A stretch of DNA of 64,000 bases from Chiloscyllium plagiosum. Its lineage: Eukaryota. Positions 49,805 through 60,689 of the stretch are shown here, one piece after another; the stretch's first letter is position 1; the number at the start of each line of letters is the position of its first letter. Location of the stretch: positions 8,387,423 through 8,451,422 of the forward strand of contig NC_057749.1 of the NCBI RefSeq assembly GCF_004010195.1, read 5' to 3'. The notes beneath the pieces are model-generated. The model made no database searches, was not told the DNA's origin, and saw nothing but the letters and a program-made list of their open reading frames with translations. Made by a program: the position numbers and the translations under genes.

Positions 49805-51420
49805 AGTTGAGAAAGAGGCGGGGAAAACTGTCCCAACTCCAGGAAAGTATGCAGAACCTGCTCCTGCTGCAGACGATGGGGAGTCAATGTCACGGAGGTG
49901 AAGGGCCAGCAAGCCTCACTCTTTGCCTCGGAGGCCTCCAAGATAATCTTCTGGCCCAGGGTCCGCTCCGTGGAGCAGGACGAGACGTGCTCACGTTTCT
50001 TCTTCCAGAAGGTGCACAAAGAGAGCTCTGTGCTCAGCAGCCTGAAGGAAGAAGATGGCTCGATAACGTCATCTCAGGCTGATGTCATGAGGATCAGTAA
50101 ATCCTTCTATGCCAGTCTGTACGACGCGAAGCCGACCAACAGCGCGGCCTCCCAGTCTTTCCTGTCCTCTATCACGGAGGTCTTAGACGACACAACACGG
50201 GAGAGGCTGGACCAGCCGCTATCTCTGGACGAGCTGACCAAGGCCCTCGAGTCCTTCGAAAAGAATAAAACTCCTGAAAGTGACGGCTTACTGGTCGAGC
50301 TCTATTCTGCTCGGTGGGACTTGATTGGCCAGGACCTGCTCAAGGTGTATGTCAGTATGCTTCGGGCAGGTACCATGAGTGAATCCATGAGGAAAGGCAT
50401 CATCACCCTCACCTACAAGCAGAAGGGGGAGAGGGAGGAAATCAGAAATTGGAAACCAATCTCACTATTGAATGCAGATTACAAAATCTTGTCAAAGGTC
50501 ATCGCCAACTGGGTCAGGTCTGCTCTGGGATCGGGCAGGCAGATCGCTGAGAGTCTCGCACTCCTCAGGGGATACGATCGCCTACGTGGAGGACAGGCCT
50601 GCCTCATCAGCCTGGACCAGGAGAAAGCCTTTGACAGGCTATCACACATATATATGAGAGATGTTCTCTCCAAAATGGGCTTTGGGGAGGGAATCTACAA
50701 TTGGACCAGATTGCTCTACACCAACATTGTCAGTGCAGTCTCAATCAATGGTTGGGAAACAGATAGCTTCCCAGTCAGATCTGGAGTCAGGCAGGGCTGC
50801 CCTCTCTCTCCTGCCTTGTTTGTGTGCTGCATAGAGCCATTTGCCGAATCAATCAGGAAGGATGCAAGCCTGAGAGGGGTGACAATTCCTGGCAGCGGGG
50901 GTCTGCAGGTTAAGGTCTCCCAGTACAAGGATGATGTAGCCGTTTTCTGCTCGGATCCGCTGTCCGTGCGCAGACTCATGTGCATCTGTGACCAGTTCAA
51001 GCAGGCCTCGGGGGCCAAGGTCAACCAAGGCAAGAGCGAGGCCATGCTCTTCGGGAACTGGGCCGACCAATCCTCCAACCCCTTCACCGTCAGGACTGAC
51101 CACCTGAAGGTGCAGGGTATTTGGTTCGGGGGGGCTGGGGCATGCGCCAAGTCTTGGGAGGAGCATATCAAGAAGGTGAGGCAGAAACTGCACAGATGGA
51201 AGCTACGGTCACTCTCCCTCGCGGGTAAAAACCTGGTCATCAGGTGTGAGGCACTGTCAGTGTTACTATATGTGGCACAGGTCTGGCCTATTCCCAGAAC
51301 CTGTGCCGTCGCAGTCACCTGGGCCATCTTCCAGTTTATGTATATGTATGTATGGCATGACCGATTGTACAGACCATCAAAATATTTTATGAATAAAGTA
51401 TATTTTGAAATTTAAAAAAA
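49805..51420 (+). mobile_element. Tx1-like (L1 clade) LINE, 5'-truncated and internally deleted
   Basis: GC-rich ORF2 followed by AATAAA at 51393 and an A-tract. Confidence 0.9.
49898..51415 (+). pseudogene. Tx1-like ORF2 reverse transcriptase (505-aa open frame, damaged)
   Basis: NWKPISLLNADYKILSK, SLDQEKAFDR, GVRQGCPLSP, YKDD at the catalytic motif; no endonuclease or zinc knuckle. Confidence 0.9.
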
Positions 51421-51502
51421 GTAATTTTGGTGAAGAATCAGCTCCAAGGCAATTCACAGCAAACAATTGGAAGTGCAGGTGGTGTGGCAGTAACTGTTGC
51501 AA

Positions 51503-51562
51503 GGGAATTGGAACACAATGGGAGATTGGAACACAAATGGATTGGAACACGGGATTGGAACA
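51503..51562. repeat. Four imperfect ATTGGAACA repeats
   Basis: GAATTGGAACAC, GATTGGAACAC, GATTGGAACAC, GATTGGAACAG. Confidence 0.85.
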
Positions 51563-51689
51563 GAAGGGGGCGTCTTGCTGCAAATCTACAGGGTCTTGGC
51601 GTGATCACACCTGCATTACAGTAAGTAGTTTTGCTTTCCTTATCTCACGAAATATATGCTTGCATTGGACACAGAACAATGTAGGTTCA

Positions 51690-52680
51690 CAAGATGGTGA
51701 TGAGGGGGTTGTCCTGGGATGTGAGATGGATTAAACTGAGTCTATATTCTGTGGATTTGGGAATATTGGGAAGTGACCTGATTAAAACAGGTAGATTCTG
51801 AATGGGCTTGACAGGGTAGACACTGAAAGACTAATGACCCTGGCTAGGAAATCTAAAATAAGGGTCACAGTGACGGGATAATGGGCCTATCACTTAGGAT
51901 AGGACTGAAACAGGGAAATATTTTACACCTCAAAGGATTGTGAATCTTAGTAATTTCCTATTCCAGAGGGTAATGGTGCACCATCATTTAGTACATTCAT
52001 GAAAGGGATAGACAGGTTTTTGGTCGTTTGGGGAAGCGAGGATTATGGGGAGTCAGCGGGAAAGTGTACTTGAGGAGAAGATCAGCTAGAATTCTTCTGG
52101 ACGACAGAGCGGACAGCTGACTCCTGCTGCTCCTACATACGTTCTTAAATGTTCTCTCAGAGGAGAAGACAATGGTGAGGCCAGAACTGGAGTACTGTGT
52201 GTGGTTCTGGTCAGCACATCACAAAAAGGATGTAATTGCTCTGGAGGGAGTGCAGAGATTTACAAGAATGTTGCCGGGGCTGGAGAATTGTAGCTACGAG
52301 GAGAGATTGGAGGTATACAACGCTGTGAGGGGTAGAGATAGAGTCAACAGGAGGAACCTTTTTCCCTTGGCAGAGAGTTCAGAAACTACGACTCATAGAT
52401 TCAAGGTGAGTGGCAGAAGGATTGGAGGGAACGTGAAGAAAATTCCTTTTTACACAAGGGTATTGGGTGCCTGAAAGTCATTGCCTGGGTTGGTGGTGGA
52501 GGCACAGACCTTAAACCCTTTTAAAACGTATCTCGTTCTGCCCTTGAATGCTGCGAGCAGCAGAGCTATAGATAACGTACAGGAAGATGGGATTAGAAAG
52601 AGCATCTGGGTGTCTCTGCATCAGCATGGAAAAGATGGGCCAAATGGCCTCCTTCTGTGCTATATCAGTTCTATGCTTCT
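51690..52680 (+). mobile_element. Two CR1 3' portions (51690-52150, 52170-52680)
   Basis: MVRPELEYCVWFWSAHHKKDVIALEGVQRFTRMLPG. Confidence 0.85.
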
Positions 52681-53172
52681 CTAGTTCTAGAATACTCCTT
52701 GTCCCAGTTGATGGCTGTTTGCTCCAGAGCTACCTCATGCCTTTGCAATGCAGGAAGTAGTGGAGTTTTTTGTGGTGCAGTGGTAATGTCCCTGTTCTTT
52801 AGTATGGAGGCCTGGTTTCAAGTCTGGCTTGCTTTAGAGGTGTCATAACATCTCTGAGCACATTGAATGGGAAAACATCTGCAAAGTGCAATTCAGTGAG
52901 GAAACTGTAATAAATCATATAGCCTTTTGAATGAGGAGGAGAGGAGAGGGTAGTAATGTTGGTCAGTTCAGAATTGACCAAAAAGCCTAGCCATTCAGCC
53001 TGCAAGTATACTATGACGTAGTGGCCTTCAGCTAGAGGTTCAGTCTATCACTGTGAGGACTTAAACTCAGTTCCTAAAAGCTGGTCATTGTAATACTGCT
53101 GTGAAGCTATTGGCTCATTTCATTCATAAATACCTTTCAGAGAAGAAAAACTTCCAGCCTGCTTTGGACTGG

Positions 53173-53346
53173 AATAATAAAAGCAAAATACTGTGGACAC
53201 AGGGAAAATGCTGGAGAAACTCTGCAGTTTCTACCAGACCTGAAATATTCATTATTTCTCTCTCTCTCTCTCTCCACAAATGCTGCCAGACTTGCTGAAT
53301 TTCTCCAGCATTTTCTCTGTGTCCACAGTATGTTGCTTTTATTATT
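53173..53346. mobile_element. Fold-back element (family C)
   Basis: ~47-bp near-perfect terminal inverted arms AATAATAAAAGCAAAATACTGTGGACACAG / CTGTGTCCACAGTATGTTGCTTTTATTATT. Confidence 0.75.
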
Positions 53347-53369
53347 TGGTCTGGCCTAAGAGTGACCCC

Positions 53370-54295
53370 TGGTTATATCGAAAGGATGTTATTAAACAGG
53401 AGAGGGTTCAGCATCTTGCGGGGAATGGAGGGTTTGAGATATAAAAATACACTGGAAAGGCTGGGTCGGTTTTTCACTGGAGTGTAGGAGGTTGAGGGGT
53501 GACCTTATTGAGGATTATAAAATCATGAGGGGCATAGATAAGGTGAGTAGCCAGGCTCTTTTCCTGAGGGCTCAAAACTAGGGAGGGGTATTTTTAAGAT
53601 GACAGGAGAAAGGTTTACAAAAAACATGAGAGGCAACTCTTTTACTCAGAGAGTGGTTCATGTGTGGAATAAACTATCACAGGAAGTTGTGGATGTGGGT
53701 ACAGTTACAATATATAAAAGATATTTTGATAAGTACATGATTGGAAAACGTTCTGGAGGGACACGGGTCAAGAGCAGGCAGGTGGGACTGGTTTAGTTTG
53801 GAAATATGTTCGGTGTGGACTGGTTGGATGACTCTGTGGTTATCAAATGTGGAGAGATCATAGTCAGTTAGGATCATATTGATTGGAATTTAGAAGGATG
53901 AGTGGGGAATCTCATTGAAACGTATAAAATTCCAACAGAACTTGGCAGAAGTAAATGCAGGAAGGATGATCCTGATGGCAAGGGAATCTGGAACCAGGGA
54001 TTTAAGGATTTTCGTCCTAAACCTTTTAGGACTGAGATGAGGAGAAATGTCTTCATCCAGAGAGTGGGGAGCCTGTGGAATTCATTACCACTGAAAGGGG
54101 TCGAGGCCAAAACATTATGTGTATTCAAGAAGGAGATAGATATAGCTCTTTATGCTAAAGGGATCAAGGGATATTGACGGTGTGGGGGAGGGGAATGGGA
54201 TTTGGATATTGTGCTCAACGATCATATTACATTGCCAAGCAGTCTTGAAGGGCTGAATGGCCTACTTCTGTTCCTATTTTCAATGATTCTATGTT
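53370..54295 (+). mobile_element. Two CR1 3' ends (53370-53830, 53890-54295)
   Basis: SFTQRVVHVWNKL; VFIQRVGSLWNSLP. Confidence 0.85.
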
Positions 54296-54362
54296 AACTC
54301 TGAATGCCCGTAGAAATGGCTAGCCCCAGTCACTCAATTGCAACAGAATGCTGTAGATATCA

Positions 54363-54667
54363 GATAGAATCCCTACAGTGTGAAAACAGGCCATTTGGCC
54401 CAACAAGTCCACTATGACCCTCCGAACAGTATTCCACCTAGACCCTATTATTTTACATTTCCCCTGACTAATGCACCTAACCTACACAATTCTGAACATT
54501 ACAGTCAATGCATGGCCAATTCACTAACTTTGGAGTGTGGGAAGGAAACCAGAGCACCCGCAGGAAACTTGCACAGGCACAGGGCGAACGTGCAAACTCC
54601 ACACAGAACCCAGGTCCCAGGCACTGTGAGGCAGCAGTGCTAACCACTGAGCTACCATGCCACCCTA
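54363..54667 (-). mobile_element. HE1-type V-SINE
   Basis: Head and tail on minus strand. Confidence 0.9.
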
Positions 54668-54959
54668 AATAGCCTGCAGCAGGTGAGTCACCACCACCTT
54701 GTCAATGAGGGGTTGGTAGTAAATGTTGGCCAAGCATTGGGGAACTGTTGGTTTCTGCATTATTCAAAAAATTGTGCAAAGCTTGAACATATTCCTTTCA
54801 GTTCCCTGTGTAGGAATGTATCACTCCTGAGTAGGCTATAGCTATATTAATAATCAATTGAAGAGAATCAGTCCAGCACATGACATAGTTCATTTACACT
54901 TGCTAAAAGTGAGGAGGTATTGCTGAGCAAGTTGTCATTTGATAGAAGAATCAGCAGAG

Positions 54960-55095
54960 TTCCAGGACTTAGTGTCTGGAAGTGAGTTTGGTTGGTATTA
55001 TGGTATTGAAAGCAGCCAATAAATAGATTCTGATATAGGTGACCTTGTTATCCACCTGTTCCAGGGATGAGTGTCGGGCCAGGGAGATGGACATC
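54960..55095 (-). mobile_element. Rex1/Babar-like RT fragment
   Basis: SLEQVDNKVTYIRIYLLAAFNTIIPTKL. Confidence 0.65.
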
Positions 55096-56745
55096 TGCTG
55101 TCGGCAAATTGTAGCAGACCAAGGCAATCTGGGAGGCTGAAGAAGATGGGTACCATGTAGTAATGGGGGGGGTAACATAACAAAGAAAGTAGAAACAGTT
55201 CTGTAGGGCAAAGACAGACTTCCAAAGGCCCCACGTTGCCTACCTGATGCCAAGATTAAGGACCTCTCTTCCAGACTGGACAGTAACTTGGAATGAGGGA
55301 GTCAGGATCCAGTTGGCATGATTCGCAAAGGACAGAGGAAGAATTTGGAAAGAGGTTCCGCTTCAGAATTATGAGGAACTTGTAAAGCAGGACAATAAGT
55401 GAAATAATCTGTAGATTACTACATGAGCAATACACAAATTGGAGTGGGGTAAAAAGGATGAGAGGGGTAAATGAGTGATTCAAAGATTGGTTTAAGAGAA
55501 ATGGGTTCTGATACATGCAGAATTAGCACTGGTACTGTGAAAGAGAGAGCTGTTATGTTTGATTTGAACCAGTATCCAGGTGAATCGGACAACTCGGGGT
55601 GTGGATCAGGTTTAAACTAATCGTGCTAAAGTGGGGAGGAGGGGAGAGGATTGAAGACATGTTTAAAATGTCAGAAAGGAACAAAAGTGTATACATCCAG
55701 GTGGTGAAGAGACGAATGATAATCGGGGTGTGACAGAAAGGAGCAGAAAATATAAGCAGAAGAGGATAGCCAGACGTTAGAGCAACAGTCAGTAATAATG
55801 CCAAAACACCAAAGCTTCAGGCTGTTGACGGCATAAATAGAAATAAACAAATATGATTTGATAGCCATTGCAGAGACGTAGTTGCAGGGTGACCAAGACA
55901 GGGAACTCAATGTTCTCAGGAAAATAGGCAAAAGAGGAAGGAGGTGGGGTAGCTTTGACAACAAAGGAAGGTATTGGTGCAATGATAGGGAGCAATATAG
56001 ATGCAATCGTTTGCGATGTGGAATCAGTTTGGGTGAAAATATGGAATAGCAAGGGAAAGAAGTCACAGGTGGGACTCGACTACAGGTCCTCAAAGAGGTG
56101 ACTTACTGAGGGACAAAATATAAGTAAGGAAATATTGGGGGAGGGGGGGTGTAAGCAAGGCACTACATTGCCATGGGTGCTTTTACCTTGTATATTCACT
56201 AGGGAAATCAGACTGGCAAGGGTAACAAGGAAGATAAATTTTACAAATGCATCAGAGATTGTTCCTTGGAGCAGTACATTGCAAACCTGCCCACAAGCAG
56301 GCACCTTTAGAGCTAGCAATGTGTAAAGAGGTTGGATTAAAAAAGTGAACTGGTGGTTATGGATCTTCTAGGGAGTAACAATCACAACATGGTAGAGTGT
56401 CAAATTCAGTTTGAGGAAAAGCAACTAGAGTCTCAAACCAGTGACTTCAATTGAAATAAAGTCAACACAGAGATATGAAGGAAGAGTTGTCTGAAATGGG
56501 GTGAGAAATTAGACCAGGGGGAAGGTCAGAATCTGAGCAGTGATAGAGGTTTAAGCAGAAACTTTATAAGGCTTAGCAAAATTTCATTGAAAAGAAGGAC
56601 TGACTGAGAAGGATAAACCACCTGTGGTTTATAACATGGTCAAGGAGATTATCCAATCAAAACCTAAGGCATAGAAAATGCTGAAAAACTAACTTTTCAA
56701 GGAGCCATCAGCAGATTACTAAAAAAAAATTAAAAAGTGAAAAAA

Positions 56746-57080
56746 TTGAATCCCTACAGTGTGGAAACAGGCCATTTGGTCCAACAAGTTCACACTGACC
56801 CACCCAGAACCACTCCCCTACCCTATTACTCTACATTTACCCCTGACTAATGCACCTAACCTACTCATCCCTGAACATTATTGGCAATTTAGCATGGCCA
56901 GTTCACCTAACCTGCACATCTTTGGACTGTGGGAGGAAACTAGAGCACCCAGACGAAATCCACGCAGACACGGGGAGAATGTGTAAACTCCATATAGACA
57001 GTCGCCCTAGGCTGGAATCGAACCTGGGTCCCTGGCATTGTGAGGCAGCAGTGCTAACCACTGAGCCACCATGCTGCCCA
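56746..57080 (-). mobile_element. HE1-type V-SINE nested in CR1
   Basis: Full head, V-domain and tail. Confidence 0.92.
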
Positions 57081-57969
57081 CTTTTGAAAGTAAATTAACA
57101 AGAAATATAAAAACAAATGGCAAAAGCTTCTACTGTTATATTAAAAGAAAGAGAGTAGCTAAATTATGTGTGGGATGTAAAGGAAGAGGGATAATTTAAA
57201 TCAATATTTTACATTGGTCTGCATGGTGGAGAATACTATAGGCATTCCAAAGATATCAGAAAAGGAAGGTACTAATGGGAGGAAACCTCTTCTAACAGTC
57301 ACAAGAGGTGAACTATTTGAAAACGAATTGGACTACCAGAGGACAAGTCACCAGGATATATTAAGCAGAGGTGATGAAGGGAAAGCAGTAGTGTGTTTTG
57401 CTTTCCACAAGACATTCAGTAAGATGCCATATGAAAGGTTATTGCACAAGATAGAACCATGTGGTTTTAGGGTGATGTATTAACATAGACTGAGGATTGA
57501 TTAACACACAGGAAACAAAGGTTAGGGATTAATGGGGTTTTTTTTCAGTTTGGAAAGTCTTATCTAGCAGAGTGCCACAAAGATCAGTCTTAGGGCCTCA
57601 ATTATTTACCATCTATATTCATGACTTGGAGAAGAGGGCAGAAAATAATTTATCCACATTTGCTGATAATATAAAAATAAATGAGAGGGCATGTTGTGGT
57701 GAGGACATAAGGAACCTATTAGGAGATAGGTTGCAAGTATAGCTTGGGCAAAAACTTGGCAGATGGAGTTTAATGTAGGAAAGTCTGAGTGTGAGGTCAT
57801 GCACTTTGATAGGAAGAATCAAAATGCAGACTATTATTTAAATAGAGAGAGAGACTTCAATGAAGGGTGGCACAGAGGGCTCTGAGTGCTCTTAAAACAC
57901 AAACTGCTGGCATGCAGGAGCACAAGGCAAATTGAATTTTCACTTTATTTGCTAAGGAGATGAAGCTTT

Positions 57970-58570
57970 CCTTCCTTCATTCACAGGATGAGGTATTGCT
58001 GGTTGGGCCAGCATTTATTACACCTCATATTCTGACATGGGACCCTGCAACCACGCAGGATAAATGTGGATTTCTACAGCTTCCTCATTTCCCCTTTCCT
58101 CTCACCGCCCCCCGTCCACCACATTATCCCAGACCCAAACTTCCAACTCGGCACCACCTTCCAGACCTGTCCATCACTAACCCTCTGACCTATCACCTTC
58201 TCCCTCCCTCGGATGCTGCCTGACCAGCTGCGCTTTTCCAGCACCACACTCTCGACTCTGATCTCCAGCATCTGTAGTCCTCACTTTCTCCCAGTATTTA
58301 TTACCCATCACTAATTACCCAGAGGGCAGTTGAGAGTCAATATTGCTGTGGGTCTAGAGTCACATGTCAGCCAGACCTGGTAAGGACAACAGCCTCCTTC
58401 CCTAAAGGAAATTAGTGAACCAGATGGGTTTTTCAAACAATCAACAATAGTTTCATGATTCAGATTTTAATTGAATTCAAATTGCACTATCTGACATGAC
58501 AGGATTTGAGCACAGGTCCCCAGAACATTTGTTGGATTAATAGTCTAGCAATAATACCATTAGGCCTAAA
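57970..58570 (-). mobile_element. Second SINE family with nested + strand Penelope end (58020-58292)
   Basis: Insert translates HLIF*HGTLQPRRINVDFYSFLISP; hammerhead segment deleted. Confidence 0.7.
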
Positions 58571-58724
58571 ACTACCTTATTAAAAACAGGGAAGTCCTGT
58601 CCAGGGTGAGGGTGAGACCACATCTGATGCATTGTGGCAAGGTTTGGTCCTAATATTTAAGAAAGGATGTCTTGAAGTTAGAGGATATTGAAGAGATTCA
58701 CTGGGCTGAACTCTGAGATGAAGT

Positions 58725-59190
58725 TGGGCCTTCTCCTCCCTCACCACCCAACGCCTGGAGGAAGAATGCCTCATCCTCCGCCTCGGAACACTTCAACCCC
58801 AGGGCATCAATGTGGACTTCATCAGTTTCCTCATTTCCCCTTCCCCCACCTCACCCCAGTTCCAACCTTCCAGCTCAGCACCACCCTCATGACCTATCCT
58901 ACCTGCCAATCTTCCTTTCCACCTATCCACTCCACCCTCCCCTCTGACCTATCACCTCCATCCCCACCCCCACTCACCTATTGTACTCTATGCTACTTTC
59001 TCCCAACCCCCACCCCCCTCTCATTTATCTCTCCACTCTGCAGGCTTCCTGCCTCTATTCCTGACGAAGGGCTTTTGCCCGAAATGTCGATTTTCCTGCT
59101 CCTCGGATGCTGCCTGGCCTGCTGTGCTTTTCCAGCACCACTCTAATCTAGACTCTGGTTTCCAGCTTCTGCAGTTCTTGTTTTTACCTC
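58725..59190 (+). mobile_element. Penelope-like element: GIY-YIG C-terminus, 3' UTR and hammerhead
   Basis: Frame from 58740 reads LTTQRLEEECLILRLGTLQPQGINVDF; ctctgagatgaagttg occurs on both sides. Confidence 0.85.
59055..59093 (+). ncRNA. Minimal hammerhead ribozyme motif, intact core
   Basis: CTGACGA 59061-59067, A, GGGC-TTTT-GCCC, GAAA 59081-59084, TGTC. Confidence 0.7.
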
Positions 59191-59493
59191 TGAGATGAAG
59201 TTGCTGATTTATCAAGGATGGCTTAATAGATTGGGGCTATATCCACGAGCGATTAGTAGAATGAGGGATGATCTTCCTGAAACATACAAGATTATGAGGA
59301 TGCTTGACAGTGGAGATGTCCAGAAGGTTTTTCCATAAACAGGGAATCTCGAACCAGGGCACATTGATATGGAAAAAGGGAACACTCATTTAAAACTGAG
59401 AATGTGAAGGAATTTCTTCTCCCGAAAAAAAAGAATATCTGGAATTCTCTATCCCAGAGGGTTGTGAAGGCTAAATCACTGGAATTATTTCAT

Positions 59494-59565
59494 GATGTGG
59501 AGGAGCTGGTGTTGGACTGGGGTGGACAAAGTTAAAAATCACCAGGTTATAGTACAACAGGTTTT
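59494..59565 (-). mobile_element. Family B terminal fragment
   Basis: gagctggtgttggactggggtggacaaagttaaaaatcaccaggttatag. Confidence 0.7.
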
Positions 59566-59955
59566 AAAGAAATTTTTAAAAGAAGAGATTTTTGAAATAT
59601 TGGAGAGTTGAGGGCTATGTTGAGCTGGCATGAATGAGGAGTTTAAAATTAACAGCAATATGGGATTGTGTTCATAAATACAAGTGTTTATAAGTCAGAC
59701 ATAAATCAGGTGCGTTACAGGGGAGTTAACTGTATTACATTTTACAATGTTGCCTGCTTTCTACAGTCACGAACAGCAAGGCTGACTTGATGGGCCGATT
59801 GGTCTACCTCTGTTCCTATTTCTTATTAACATAGAGCAAATGCTAACAGTTCGAGCCAGAACACTGAATCAGAAAATCAATATTAGCTCTGTGGAGAACG
59901 TGTTTTCTTCATTTAAATTATTGGCTGCTTAATTCGATTGCTTCTATAAAACCCC

Positions 59956-59970
59956 AGGTCATGTAGGTCA
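59956..59970 (+). promoter_or_regulatory. Candidate nuclear-receptor DR3 element
   Basis: AGGTCA-tgt-AGGTCA in a TE-free island. Confidence 0.35.
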
Positions 59971-60689
59971 GAGGTATACTTCATTCTGTAATTGCTCAGT
60001 TTGTGCAGGGTGGTGATATCTCAGGGCTATTTAATTGGATATCAGTCTGTTTGTAATTTGTGAAAACTAGCTTCATTGCTGATAACTTGTCGAGATAATT
60101 GTCCCTTTATTAGATATTTGTGACCCTTTGTTGTTTAAGAGATCAATAAATGTTGGACTTTGTGTTCTTTCTAAATGGCCATCAACTGCTCTCTAAGAAT
60201 GTGTCAATGCACATTTGTCCATTAATGTCTTTGTGAGATTGTAACCTTTGTCCTTGCTCTGTCTTAGCAAATGAAGATGCAGAATTACCTTAAGTATCCC
60301 ACAGAACAGACCTTAACAAGACAAGGAGTAAACTGTTTATTTTCAACTTACTTGCTCCAGCACTGCCATAAGTTTCTCTTTGTGTTTTGTCAAAGGCTGT
60401 TCCTGCTTCTTCCTCTTGAGGGCAGCAGAAAGCCATCAGGCCTGAGAAGGCAGGAAATATTGTAAAATACAGTTAAGTCCTTTGTTGTGTACCTGATTTA
60501 TGTCTGATTTATAAACACTTGTATTTACATACACAATCCCATGCAGGGGCATATTGATGTTAAATTTTAAAGATCTGACATACAATGTTTCCTCATACTT
60601 ACCAATGGCTATTTTACATTGTCCTCTGCCAACTTTCTCCTACTAGTGGAACCAGTTACTTCACGTCCCTTCTATCCAGGCCTCTCAGT

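Larger units (their letters stand above)
55100..59828 (+). mobile_element. Old near-full-length CR1 (ORF1 to ORF2 to 3' UTR), heavily decayed and interrupted
   Basis: Ordered remnants: CLPDAK, YDLIAIAET, LGSNNHNM, FHKTFSKMPYERLL, SRVPQRSVLGPQLFTIYIHDL, FADNIKI, 3' tail at 59785-59828. Confidence 0.75.

Noticed and set aside
47815..51562. CRISPR-like arrays (51-bp repeats at 47815; ATTGGAAC repeats at 51503)
   Set aside because: No unique constant-length spacers, no cas genes, vertebrate context
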